Shown here in pieces: positions 12,097 to 23,468 of a DNA stretch of 33,572 nt. Both the position numbers and the translations under genes were made by a program. Numbering within the stretch: position 1 is the first letter of the stretch; every line of letters starts with the position of its first letter. Below the pieces are notes generated by a model that saw nothing but the letters and a program-made list of their open reading frames with translations, made no database searches and was not told where the DNA came from. This DNA is from Catajapyx aquilonaris (Eukaryota). The DNA lies in NCBI GenBank assembly GCA_000934665.2, contig JYFJ02004253.1:1-33572 (forward strand). The letters run 5' to 3'.

Positions 12097-13299
12097 TTAT
12101 CAATGGTCATGCCTTCCGGCCAAATCCAATAAACGGTGGGGGCCTGATGCACATAATGTTGAGACACTGTTTCGACATGACCACTGCTCACCTAATCCTG
12201 ATTCAGACTGGAAGAAGGTGAAGCAGAAGCTGCAGGTACATCGACTCTATCACCATAGCAGAGGCCTTTGGAGAGGGGTTCACAATAATGGCAGATGTGC
12301 CACCCTCTGTGATCTATACCTGGCAGCATGGAGGTGATAATTGCAGTAGAGGTGAATGACACCAAATATTCATCCTCTCATTATTTTAAAATAAACTTCT
12401 CTGCTGTGACCAAATTATTTTGAATCAGTGTGCAATGTGACCGACTTATTCTGCACTCTGTAGTATAATTTAATACCTCATAATACAGTATTTGTACAAG
12501 CAGTGTCATTTTTAATGTCCTGGTGGTCCAAGACTGACCCTTTCCAGTATGAACCTCTCTGGCACCCTAGATGTCACTTCAGACGTGTAGGATGCCTCTC
12601 AGCAAATCAAAGAGCCAGGAATTCAAAGCGAAATAACTATTCTGACTGAGATTAAGGAAGTACACCATACCATCACTCAACCCTCTTACAGGAAAGGTCA
12701 GAAAAAATTGTCCACCATAAGCCTGGACTCAATCTCCTGGAGCCTATTGGTATACATCAATCTATTTTGTAAACTTCCGGGCCATGAGTACGCTCCAACA
12801 GCTCAAGTTGTGATTCCAAGTGTACAAAGTGGCCCTACTGAGTGGCTATGTCTAGGGCATATTTTCTTAAATCGTGCAAAGTGGATGAATCTCTTGATGA
12901 ATCTACACAAGGAGGTGAGCACGGTTGTGGCCTGTAATATGGCATAGGCCTATATCAAATGCATGGGAAAGTTCTGGTTGTTAGTAGCAAGGGTATGCGA
13001 TAACTACTCCTAAATTTCAGTCTCACCCGTGGTCTCACCGAAGCAGTGGTGTGCAACAAACAATGAGGACGTCAACTTGCACTTGGTCCGGTCGGGTCAG
13101 AAGCAAACTGGCAAAGCCGTTGGTCTACGAGGTCTACGACTACTACAGTTGGCAAGCGTGCTACCATGCTTTGTTTGCCTTTTTAAAAAATAGATAAATA
13201 GTGAACTAAATCAATATCATGAAATATTATAATTAATCAGTCAGATTATGACCGCTTAAAATGTTAAAATTTTCGTTATGTAAATGTCGTACAACTCAG

Positions 13300-13441
13300 C
13301 CGTTTGCAGTTTGTGGCGCTGCAGTCAACAAGAATACGGCAAGTACGCCAGCACGCCAGGGGATTGTAATTACTAATGTGCATTATTAGAGCGTTTAATT
13401 GTCCATCTCGAGGGTGGAAATTAAACTTCTGGCCGGTAAGT
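13300..13441 (+). promoter_or_regulatory. Candidate non-coding first exon and splice donor of the PSMG3/GPN2 unit
   Basis: CpG-richer tract ending in a consensus donor G|GTAAGT at 13435/13436; a strong acceptor ends at 15067, 16 nt before the PSMG3 ATG. Confidence 0.35.
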
Positions 13442-13729
13442 ATCGGGTAATTGGGCAATTACACAAGGAGCACTTTATGCGTTGGCAGGTTGGAAATTTA
13501 GGGTACTCAACACCAAAGTGCATGCCGGGATTTTAGACATAAACCGTAATGGGAATGACACATGCGAGGGGGCAGACATTCGCCCTTGCGACACCAACAA
13601 CTGGACACTGCAATACCTGACGTTGAAGCTGGGGTTGAAAGCAATGAAAGTGCATGAGTCCCTAGAGGCGAGACTGAATTTTGTGAGGAAAAATTTTAAG
13701 TACTGGTACATGACATGACATGGGACTTA

Positions 13730-14257
13730 CAAGGGAAGTGTCTGTAGGGCCATCGGCCAATCGGCCCGAAAATGACACTAGGGGTAAATCGCAGGCCAGA
13801 AATTCATTGGTGAAAGTAAAAAGTCGCATTAGCCAAGCGTTTTCGAGATATGGGCGACTACAGGTGCCCGGTGACAATGGGGCGCATTCGGCAGAAGAAA
13901 TTATAAACAGTCTTCGTGGCTCAGTCGGTAGCGCGTCCGCGTCATGATCCGAAGTCTCTGCGTTCAAGTCCGCGGGAAGCGACTTTTTTTCCCCCCTCCC
14001 TCTCTCGTCTCGGAGCATCGGTTTCTTTTTCTTTCTTCTCCAACACCGTTTATCACCGCATATCTTCCCTTTTGCACTCAACAGGAATAAATAAACAGCT
14101 TGCTGGGAAGTGCATTACTTTTTTTTTCTTCTGCCGATGCTCGAAAACGGTTGGCTAATGCAACTTTTTACTTTCACCAATGAATTTCTGGCCTGCGATT
14201 TACCCCTAGTGTCATTTTCGGGCCGATTGGCCGATGGCCCTACAGACACTTCCCTTG
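13730..14257. mobile_element. Tc4/Tc5-type MITE, young, with an internal tRNA-like cassette
   Basis: About 118-bp near-perfect TIRs starting CAAGGGAAGTG; TTA duplicated in C-TTA-G. Confidence 0.88.
13910..13990 (+). ncRNA. Degenerate tRNA-like Pol III unit (not a canonical tRNA)
   Basis: A box TGGCTCAGTCGG, B-box-like GTTCAAGTC, GTCTTC/GAAG-GAC end pairing, T7 tract at 13984-13990. Confidence 0.5.
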
Positions 14258-15083
14258 TTAGTGAGGGAAGCCCACGGGAAGCCATTGCACTGAGTCAGCA
14301 ATACTATAGATGCAGTGCCTGGGAACAGATCCCAGAGGCCGGGATGTGCTGCAGTTTGAGTCCCTGTTTCCAGAGAGGAGATCCTAGGGCTCCCAGATTT
14401 TTTGCAGCCAAAGCTGAATTTTCAAATGTATTCTGAGCTGGTTTGGCAAGCATGCAGCTACGGACTCATTATGATGTTATGGATATTTTGATTCCGGTTA
14501 TGGGCTGCAAATAAGTTGTATTTTTTTTCTCTCTTGATGATGCTTTGAACCTGTACCTGAATGGAGATAAATCAGTAGTCACAGACATCGTCAATCCTGA
14601 TGTAGATAGTTTCCAAAGGTTTTTGCAAGCCAATCAATTTAAAAGTAGGCTTGAACCTGTGACATTTTGTTCATCCCTGCCCTGTAGTTTCATAATATGA
14701 CCAGCCTGGAATTTGGGGTGGCAGTGAATGTGTTCTAGTGGCACTTGGATGCTGATACGGTATGATAAGACGGACAGCTATGGGAATAAGAATTCAGTGC
14801 CAGCATCTTTGGTAATAGGCTTTGGAAAAGACAAATATCAGCTATGTTTGATGAAATTACCTGTGATTTATGACTTTTAAAATGTTATTTCCAGTCTACT
14901 TGGGACGGAGCTCTGAAGCAGCTTGTGCTCTTGTGAGATGATTACAAAAAATTTTATGCTAGAAGGATGATATCCAGGGTAGAGCATACAGTGGGAATTT
15001 CTACCCGCAATGCATGAAGCATATACTCTGGAATAACATTGTTTAATTTTTTCTGTTTGCTTTACAGGCTTCACTTTCATAAG

Positions 15084-16108
15084 ATGTGTGCATTTCCAGT
15101 TGAGACAAAGACCGTGTCACTTGCAATCAACGGGATCCATACGGACCTTGTTGTGAGCAAGTTCTGGTGGGTTACCCTGCTGTAGATTGTAGTGCATATA
15201 ACTGCCAGACAATTGAATATTTTAAAATTTAGTAATTGCACTAAAATAACTAGTCATTTGTTTTCAACAGCGACAAGACTCTAATCATTGCGACTCAATT
15301 CTCCAAGTTGGGAACGCTGATTGAGGTATCTCAGGGTAGTTCAAGAGAAGCACCAGGTGTGACAGTCTACAACTCAAAGTAAGGCATTTTCTGGTTTCCC
15401 AAGATGACAACTCTAAATATGAAAGGCTTTCAACCACTTCAGTGGGCTGAAAGAACAAAACTTATTATAAAGTTGGGCCCTGCTCTCATAGTTCAAGTTG
15501 GGCCATGAAGCCAATAAACGGCTTGAATCAAGATGTTGAATGGGTTAAAAGCCTTGGGATTTGATGGTGAATGAAGGCCTTTTGAGTTCTAGAGGCTATA
15601 TCCTGTACTGTTCTGCAATTTTTCAACATAATTATTATTTCAGGGTCCTTTTTGGGGTGGAGAAGGAAAATCTTGTAATAGCTGCACGCTACCTGGCTGA
15701 GAGGATTGGGATCCGAGAGCGGCCCTTGTTGTTTAGCCTCTCTCTCAAGGAATCAGGGCCACAAGTGGTGAAGTCCATCGAGGCGCAGCTGGTTCCCCTG
15801 ATTGGCAGAGGGGATGGCGGCAAGGACCCAATTTGGGCAGCTAGTGTTGGGGCCGCCAGGGTCAGGGAAGACAACCTACTGCAGGGCGCTGAAGGAGTTT
15901 CTCGAGGGGAGGGGGAGGAAAGTGGCTGTGTGCAACCTGGGTGAGTGTGACATGGGCATTACACACTCAGTTTTTTGTTTGCATGGCAATGAATGGTGTA
16001 AGGTGGAACTTCAAAATTTTTGAGTCTAGATAAAACCTGTTTGATTGTACAAACATTGCTGGTTTTAATGTGTTATGACTGACAATAAATTCTAGATCCA
16101 GCAAATGA
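15084..16108 (+). CDS. PSMG3: Proteasome assembly chaperone 3; exons 15084-15166, 15271-15378, 15644-15940, 16096-16108 (166 aa); stop at 15942-15944 if the last intron is not spliced (163 aa)
   Basis: GT-AG introns with matching phases give MCAFPVETKTVSLAINGIHTDLVVSKFCDKTLIIATQFSKLGTLIEV...YNSKVLFGVEKENLVIAARYL...PLLFSLSLKE, matching PAC3 motifs (TQFGKMGTL, KVLLG). Confidence 0.85.
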
Positions 16109-16921
16109 CGTGCTTCCATATGAAGCATCAGTAGATGTGTCCAACTTGATCGGCTTGGAGGAAGCCATGGACACCCTGAAGTTGGGACCCAATGGTGGCC
16201 TGGTCTACTGCATGGAGTACCTGGAGAAGAATGTAGATTGGCTAATCTCACAGCTTGGGAGTGGCTTGAAGGACTGCTACCTGGTTTTTGACTGCCCCGG
16301 ACAGGTGGAGCTGTACACTCACAACAATTCTATAAGAAATATCATAGTGGCCCTTGAAAAAGCAGGGGTCAGGCTGTGTGCTGTGAATCTGGTTGACTCC
16401 CACTACTGCAGTGAGCCTGGTCAGTCAGTGTTTTATTACTGATTGGGCAGTACAACCTAACTGGTTTTATCTTCTCAGCAAAATTTGTGTCTGTGTGCCT
16501 GACTTCATTGAGCACAATGCTGCAGCTGTCCCTTCCTCACATCAATGTCCTGTCTAAGATAGATCTGGCTGAGAAATATGGTAGACTCCATCTGGGCCTT
16601 GATTTCTACACTGACACCCTAGACCTCACCTTTCTGCTGGAACAGCTAACTGAAGATGACGCTGACCCCTTTGTGAAGAAGCATACCAAATTGACAGCTG
16701 CCCTGGCTGACCTGGTTGAACGTTATGGACTGGTTAATTTCTTGCCACTGTCAGTGAACTGCAAGGAGGCAATGGGAAAGTTGATGCTTCAAGTAGATAA
16801 AGCCAATGGGTATGTCTTTGGGGATGGGGAAAAGAGGAACATACAGGCCTTGCTTTCCTGTGCTGTTGGGGAAGACTTTCATGGGAAGGACACCCTTGCA
16901 GAGCAGTTTCATGATGACTAG
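15814..16921 (+). CDS. GPN2: GPN-loop GTPase 2; exons 15814-15940, 16096-16419, 16479-16921 (297 aa)
   Basis: FGQLVLGPPGSGKTTYC, NLDPAN across intron 1, LGPNGG, DCPGQVELYTH, INVLSKID; phase-consistent GT-AG introns, 894 nt in total. Confidence 0.95.
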
Positions 16922-17250
16922 TGCCAAGTATTCTTGTACAGGTTTTTGTACCAAGCTGATCAAGAGAACTTCATGTGCACATTACAAGTACATTTTTTTC
17001 TTTCAGTGAGTAACAATCTTGTACATGCATGTGTGATTGACTCCTGCAAGTTGTGACATTCTTCATTTTGCATTCAGAGGCAACTCGATGGTATGTCACT
17101 TACTATATCTATCAAAAATATGTGAGAATAATTATTTTACTGTATACCATTTTAACAGTTATATCACAGTTAATTAAAAGCATACATATGACATTCTTTC
17201 CTACAGAGCTAAACATACCGTCCATTTATGTCCAATGAGTGATGTACTGG

Positions 17251-17266
17251 AATAAATCACAATAAA
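17251..17266 (+). terminator. Candidate polyadenylation signals for GPN2
   Basis: Two AATAAA hexamers about 330 nt after the stop codon. Confidence 0.45.
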
Positions 17267-17711
17267 TTCACTGTCACAATTTTCTACCAGTTGTTTACTT
17301 GTAGTGCCTTAATTGAATGCTGTGTGTTGAACATGTCACTTTTCCACTGTCATCACTACATGTTTGTGTTTTGGAATGTGAGAATTTTCATTCATTACAG
17401 TAGCCAACTAATAGGAGCACACTTAAGCACAAGGAGTGTGAACATGACCTGGTAATGTCAGGAACATTTCCACTGATGCAGATGTGAGCTCAATTCTGAT
17501 TCGCACAGTATGACCTGTTACCGTATTACCTCACATAAAGAGCCAGTATAAAACGAGGTCAACCAGAATGGTGGTATAACCCGGGGGTGGCCGTAATGCC
17601 TCAATAACCGAGGTAGATTTCCGTCATTTTGATCCTTGTCATTTTTAAATGGAATGCTTCTAGTACCGGTACGGTACTGAAATTATGTTACGATGAAAAT
17701 GGGTGAGTGTA

Positions 17712-17799
17712 CTATGGGCGCCAAAAGAATTGACCGGAGTTGATGGGTATATAGCGCCATATACCCATCAAATCCGGTCAATTCTTTTGGCGCCCATAG
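17712..17799. mobile_element. 88-bp palindromic micro-MITE
   Basis: Near-perfect hairpin CTATGGGCGCC...GGCGCCCATAG with TA on both sides; absent from the sister copy at about 19665. Confidence 0.75.
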
Positions 17800-17889
17800 T
17801 ACAGCCTGTGAGAATATGCAAGTTCTGTTGCACAGTGCATAGAAAAAATGTCGATTGTGTGACCAATCCCATCGTCAGCCTGCTTTTAA

Positions 17890-18405
17890 CCCTTTGACTG
17901 CAGAGTTTTTTAGGCCTTTTTTTCCTTTTCTTGTGAAATTTTTTAGCAGGAGTGATATTAGTGAAAAACAATATGCTCAAATATTTATCATTTTAACTCG
18001 TGGTGGGCCTTTTGAATGGAAAATGCCAAAAAAAATCATCTACAGGGTATTCCTGAAAAAAATTCAAAATGAAATTAACTTTAAATGCAATTAAATTAAA
18101 TTAAAATTTTAAAGTCACTATAAAATTGTTACTATGGTTACATAATAATACTAAAACACTACTCTCAGAAACTCCACTGAGTCCAGACTTACAGGCCACC
18201 CTGTTCTGACACCGCGGGAGGGGGTATGTTTAGCTCACTCTGGGAGGCAGAAAAACTTATTATCATACGCCATGGTAGTTGAGCCCCCTTCCACAAGGTG
18301 GTAGGAGCAGTTTGAACCTCAAACTGCTCCATTTCTGTCGAAACTCGAGCGCGCCCAGTTCAAAAACCAACAGATAGTCATATGATGATCGTAGGCCTCA
18401 GAGGG
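17890..18405. mobile_element. piggyBac-like non-autonomous element
   Basis: TTAA|CCCTTTGA...TCAGAGGG|TTAA; the TIR match is short and imperfect. Confidence 0.55.
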
Positions 18406-18900
18406 TTAAATAGAGATTATTGCCAGACATTGCAATTGAAAACAATATATTCGTAATATGTGCCTTTTCGATAACCTCTACGTGAATTTCGATTTTCAGG
18501 CAGATGTCAAGTTCGGAAAGGATAATCTAAATTATGTGAAAAGCATGCCGGTATAGCCACCAGATCATGAATTTCTAAAAACTGGTCGACCTCGGCTACA
18601 CCGGCATGCCAATTATGTGAGGTAATAAGGTATCAAGTGTTATGCAGTTACATTGTTGCACAATGCACATTCACATGACATTTTTAGAACTTGGGCAAAA
18701 GAATCAAACAACCTGTCGTGACATATTTCTGTGAAGTAATGGCTAATGACTAAAGCCCTGATTTTTAGACTAATGCCTATTTGGTTCCTTTACTGTTGGG
18801 ATGATTTTGTGAAGAGATCTATCTGTTTTGTAAAGTGCAGGATGTGAAAATGTAGGTTTTAGAGTGCCTAAAATTGCCTATGTTGTGGTTTTGGGAACTA

Positions 18901-19457
18901 CAGGGTGATTCTCTCGAAACCAAGCCCAAACATTCCTTAATAACTTATTAATTATTGTATGGTTCTCAATGAAAATTGACATTTACTTACCTTGTATGAT
19001 GCCAAACGAGGTCTGCATAGAGAATATGCTGAAAATGATCCCCTCCAGCATCCAAAAATTTTTGAATACTAAATATTGGTGTATACTGTATATGTGCTAA
19101 TGTGAGGGAGTAAACTCTTGCTGTATCGGGACTAGAGGACTTCAGTTGTTCTGGGCTTAATCCTGTATATCTGTGTATATGATGTGCAGCCCTTCAGTAA
19201 ACCCCACAAGAAGAAATCACTTGAGAAATCAGGTTTGGCGGGGTCCCTTCAACCGGCTTCAGCTCTCCGAGACCGGGCAGGTGTACCCCACTGCCCTGCT
19301 CCCCTCTGCATGTCCCTGTATACGCCAATATGCAGACTTGCATTCAAAAATTCTTGATTCCTGGAAGGGACGACTTCCAGCATATTCTTTAGGCAGACCT
19401 TGTTTGATATCATACAAGGTAAGTGCATGCCAATTTTCATTGCGAACCATACAATAT
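18901..19457. mobile_element. Tc1/mariner foldback MITE, right end lost
   Basis: TA|CAGGGTG left end; arms about 18954-19080 / 19325-19457; cut by a TA-site insertion at 19458. Confidence 0.65.
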
Positions 19458-19459
19458 TA

Positions 19460-19750
19460 CCATATTACCTCACTTAAAGCGGCATGCCGGTATAAAATGA
19501 GGTCGACCAGCATGCCGGTATAACCTGAGGGTGGCCGGTATAACCTGAGGGTGGCCGGCATGCCGCAATAACCGAGGTAGGTTTCCATAATTTTGATCAT
19601 TGTCAAATTTTTTTAAATGCCTCTGGTTCTGTACTAAAATAATGTTACTGTGAAAAATGTGCGAGTACAGGCCTACAGGGCTGTGAGAATATGCAAGTGC
19701 ATCTGTTGCACAGGGCATAGAGTGTGACCAATCCCATATTCAGCATGCTC
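19460..19750 (+). mobile_element. Partial second copy of the 17521 MITE
   Basis: Direct similarity to 17521-17885; contains a 20-bp tandem duplication. Confidence 0.7.
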
Positions 19751-19803
19751 TGAGAGGGGAACGCCCCTTTAAACCCCTATTAAAACATTACAAAGGATCA
19801 AGG

Positions 19804-20165
19804 AGGGGAGGTGCAGCGGTACTTCGGTAATGTATACGGCCACGCTGCGGCCACGGATGTAAGGGTCCCGGGTTCGATCCCAAGCCCGGGCATTCCCCCC
19901 TTCAACTCGTGCAGAGTATGGTCATCTCTGGCTTCATCTCAGGTGAGATTCCTTGAGACTAACCACACGGGGGAGTTCACAAAATGACCATAGCAATGAC
20001 ATGCACTTACACTTTCCACATCTCCTCCCAGTCACCCTGCCCATGGGCCCGGGTGCTTTGTTAAAGGTTCCAGTATGTATCATAATTCAATGGTATAATA
20101 AAGGTCCGTTCTACATACCTCTCAAGGAGGTCAAACACTACCCTCATTATTATTACATTATAATA

Positions 20166-20235
<70 letters not shown>

Positions 20236-20236
20236 G
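19804..20236 (+). mobile_element. tRNA-derived SINE with (TTA)n tail
   Basis: B box GGTTCGATCCC; 13-bp TSD CAAAGGATCAAGG (19791-19803 / 20237-20249). Confidence 0.85.
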
Positions 20237-20335
20237 CAAAGGATCAAGGGAAATTCCTTCAGTCCTTCCTTTGCTCAATAGTTCGCTGGTTGCAGATCTC
20301 GTCGACAATCAGAGGATCAATTTGTGTATCCCCGT

Positions 20336-21085
20336 AACAGTAAGTGTTGTCAATGGAGTTTCTGAATGAAACTTCGGCACAATAATATAGGCAGCAGGTA
20401 AGTTATTAAACAAAATGCAAACCGTTTCTGTGGAGCGCTACAAGGTCAAAAGTCATGACCTCTTAATGCCAGCCCGGACAGCTTATTATATTATTACCTT
20501 ACGAGCGAAGTTTCAGATATTGCACTAAAAAAAAGTAGACTTTTTATTTACATCACTGGTAAAGGATAATTACTCTGATTACAACAGGCTAAATTGCTAG
20601 ATTTCAGCCAGATTTTAAAAAGTCGCTTTAAAAACCCCCAATTAGTCTTTGACTGTGATGAGTCAATTTCCTTACCTCCTCACGATTAGGCTATACGAGT
20701 AAAACTTTTGTATAGGCAATGGGCTAATGGCCTTCTACCGAGCCAACAAAAATATATTAAAAACCACTTTCCCTGCTTTCTCTCTCTTTATACTGTACAG
20801 TAATGTTATATCCCACACTGTCATATTTATACAAAGATGTGCTCGTTGTACGGACATGTTTTGATTTGAACATATTGTCACAAACAGTTGTAGATATGCT
20901 AATGTATTGTGCTTCATTTAATCTGCAGGTGGTTTGTTTCCGGCTTACGACAAATTAGGAACTTGATCTTCCGAATTTTCCAAGCTATATTGTTTGCATT
21001 TTGTTTAATAACTTACCTGCCTATATTATTGTGCCAAGATTCATTCAGAAACCCCATTTGGCACACAACACTTACTGTTCCCTTG
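20336..21085. mobile_element. Tc4/Tc5-type MITE, left tip missing
   Basis: Arms 20336-20422 / 20991-21080; right end TTCCCTTG|TGA-G. Confidence 0.7.
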
Positions 21086-21119
21086 TGAGAAGCCTCGGTA
21101 CCTAGATAATAATAAAATG

Positions 21120-21480
21120 AAAACCGAACGGATTTGTCATATCTGTTGATACGGTACGATACGGTAATACGCAAGCTGACATCTGGCAACCCTACTGCTA
21201 AATTCCAAGATGGCCTCCAAAATCCCGCGTACGATTCCGCGTGTTCTGATTGTCTGACTCTGACACAACTGACACCGAAACACCGCTCGCCGACTCAGAT
21301 ACCGGTCGGACTCACAACTGCTGGTGTGAATGCACGCCTGTTGAGCACTTTGATACCGCTGAGATCAGTACTATACCGGAGGTGCCATTGTTACGTTTTT
21401 TCGACACTAGGTAGGCTATACTTTCCTTCAGGTAGTTATGGGCTGGTGCTGCGTAGGGAAAGTAGGTCTCAGGAGGACGA
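21120..21480 (+). promoter_or_regulatory. CpG-rich candidate promoter or non-coding first exon (possibly of TUBD1)
   Basis: High CpG density, TGGCAACC and YY1-like CAAGATGGCC motifs, possible donor AG|GTAGGC at 21410/21411. Confidence 0.3.
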
Positions 21481-21890
21481 GGGATATTGCACTTTTTGAA
21501 TGTATTCGTATGCACTTCATGAAGTTAATAAGATAGTGAACGTCAGAAACCTGAATTTAAACTGTGGAATAAAATCTGTAATTATTTGGGGAATGGGGAA
21601 TTATTTTTGAAATGAACAACGCCATTCAATTAAGCTCATTTCCTTTGTTCAGAAGTAGATTATGTTGGATGCAGAAAAATGGCGAATAAATACATGAACT
21701 CCACAGGGTGATAAGTGCTGTTAACTCAAGATGGCAGAGTGGTGCAAATTAAACCTATGAAAACTCATACATTCAGGCTTAGACCGTGCATTCAGGTAGC
21801 GTAATCTGAATTCTATTTTGGCCATGTTCAGCATCTCATGCATTCAGTGGGCCAATATGTCACTTATGTAGTGTAGATCTATGTAAATAC

Positions 21891-22437
21891 CAGAGTTGGG
21901 GAAGTTACTTTTGAAATGTAACTGGTTACAGTTACAGTTATTCAGTGCAAAAAAGTAATTAATTTACAGTTACTCATGAAGTTACTTTTCCGTGGTCTGT
22001 CACCACTGCTGTAGATGGATGGGGGATTCGGATTCCTCATTTCTCCCTGTCATACGAATACAGAATATCACCGTGGTAAAAAAAATGATCAGTTTACCTT
22101 CAACTTCGATTTACTTTTAATAATAGCTGCTTTTCAAAGTTTGTATCAGTAAGCTTTCCCCTTCTCGGTGTAAAAACTTGCCCCCCCACACTGAAAAGTC
22201 TCTGAGGCACTGGAGGGCAGTACAGTGTTGCATTGGATTTTTTAAATCACCGGAAATGACATCAAACACGCACAGAAAAGTAACTTTGTAACTTTCGTTA
22301 CCATTACTGTTTAAAGGTAACTAGTTACGAGTACAAGTTACTTGTGCACAAAAGTGACGAAGTTACCGGAAAAAGGACTCAAAAAGTAACTAGTTACTAG
22401 TAACGCGTTATTTCTACTCAGTTACTACCCAACTCTG
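21891..22437. mobile_element. hAT non-autonomous element
   Basis: TIR CAGAGTTGGG, 8-bp TSD GTAAATAC, many subterminal GTAAC/GTTAC motifs. Confidence 0.9.
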
Positions 22438-22735
22438 GTAAATACTGGACAGTCGCAAGCATAGAGATGTGTATGGTAGACAAGAGCTCCTCCCCTGGTG
22501 TACCGTCCACATCTTTATGCTCGCGACTGTACATTATAATTATGTAAGGCCTGTGACTATATTCATATGGAACATGATTACGAAAGGGCTTGTTGGGACC
22601 GGGCATGCTTAAATGCAAGCAATAGAGGCAAACAAGAAAAAAGAGCGTCTTTTGCTCTGTCATTCTTCCATATTGTTGTACTCAACACCTTTGTATATGC
22701 TGCAGGTGGAAGTGTAACTTTTACTCTATACTGCC

Positions 22736-22737
<2 letters not shown>

Positions 22738-22784
<47 letters not shown>

Positions 22785-23060
22785 GAATTCATACCCCATT
22801 ATCAGCCATCGGCTCTTTAGGCGGGAAGTTTGTTTTGCCTGGAACTCTTTGCTTTCATTTTACTGTGCTCTTTGGGATAGGATAGGGACGGAAGGAAGCT
22901 GCTGTGGCCTATTAATTACGGAAGCAACTCCGGGATTTCCCTGGAAGGACCGTGGGAAACCACAGAAAACCACGGTCAGAATTGCCGGCCCCGGGATTCG
23001 AACCCAGGACCTCCCGATTAGCAGTCGGATGCCTTATCCACTATGCCAACCTGCTTCGGT
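22738..23060 (-). mobile_element. tRNA-derived SINE
   Basis: A/B boxes on the minus strand, (ATT)n tail, 14-bp TSD CTCTATACTGCCTA. Confidence 0.9.
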
Positions 23061-23171
23061 CTCTATACTGCCTATATAAGCACAATTTTCTCATGAGTTA
23101 GCAGATTTGACTATGGATCCAACTCCTAACTGGATTGGAGTATAACATGGATTCGAATCTGTATCCAGGTA

Positions 23172-23336
23172 CAGTCGGTTAAAGGATTCCCCTTCCACAT
23201 GAGGCGGGATTATTAGCCTCTAACAGAGGTGCTAGCTAGGGGAGTCGGGAGTACGAGCCATTGCATCAGAGGGAGAAAGCGCCTCTGTTGGAGGCTAATC
23301 CTGCCTCATGTGGAAAGGAAATCCTTTAACCGACTG
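23172..23336. mobile_element. Tc/mariner-type MITE, 165 bp
   Basis: TA|CAGTCGGTTAAAGGATT...AATCCTTTAACCGACTG|TA, arms about 60 bp. Confidence 0.85.
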
Positions 23337-23468
23337 TACATGAGCAAATGAGTACTTAGATTATTCTAACCACAGAGATGTTGTCAAGGTAGGCAGATTT
23401 GCCTGACATGGTGTCAAGGTCGTAGTGAGTAGGCAGCTGTTGTTTCAATTGTTTTAATATCCCCCTCA

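Larger units (their letters stand above)
17521..18630. mobile_element. Tc/mariner-superfamily (Tc2/pogo-like) MITE with two nested inserts
   Basis: TIR CC(G/T)TATTACCTCACATAA, TA TSD; a second partial copy starts at 19460. Confidence 0.75.

Noticed and set aside
13470..14660. Coding-looking stretch around the 13730 MITE
   Set aside because: Multiple stops and frameshifts and no firm motif; possibly an old LINE 3' fragment.
19173..19424. Open frame ending in a strong donor AAG|GTAAGT
   Set aside because: It lies in the arm of a Tc1/mariner foldback and has an inverted twin at about 18985; not a host exon.
19953..20369. Poly-Tyr/poly-Ile ORFs here, at 22567-23079 and at 33110-33393
   Set aside because: Artefacts of (TTA)n SINE tails and microsatellites.
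21653..21795. Segment bounded by AG/GT splice-like sites
   Set aside because: Stops in all three frames; at most a non-coding exon, and unsupported.
21883..22445. Short GTAAC/GTTAC repeats as a CRISPR-like array
   Set aside because: Irregular spacing, a eukaryotic context, and explained as hAT subterminal repeats.
22985..23060. tRNA-like heads (also at 19810, 23475, 26050, 26145)
   Set aside because: SINE heads with bodies, tails and TSDs; not tRNA genes.
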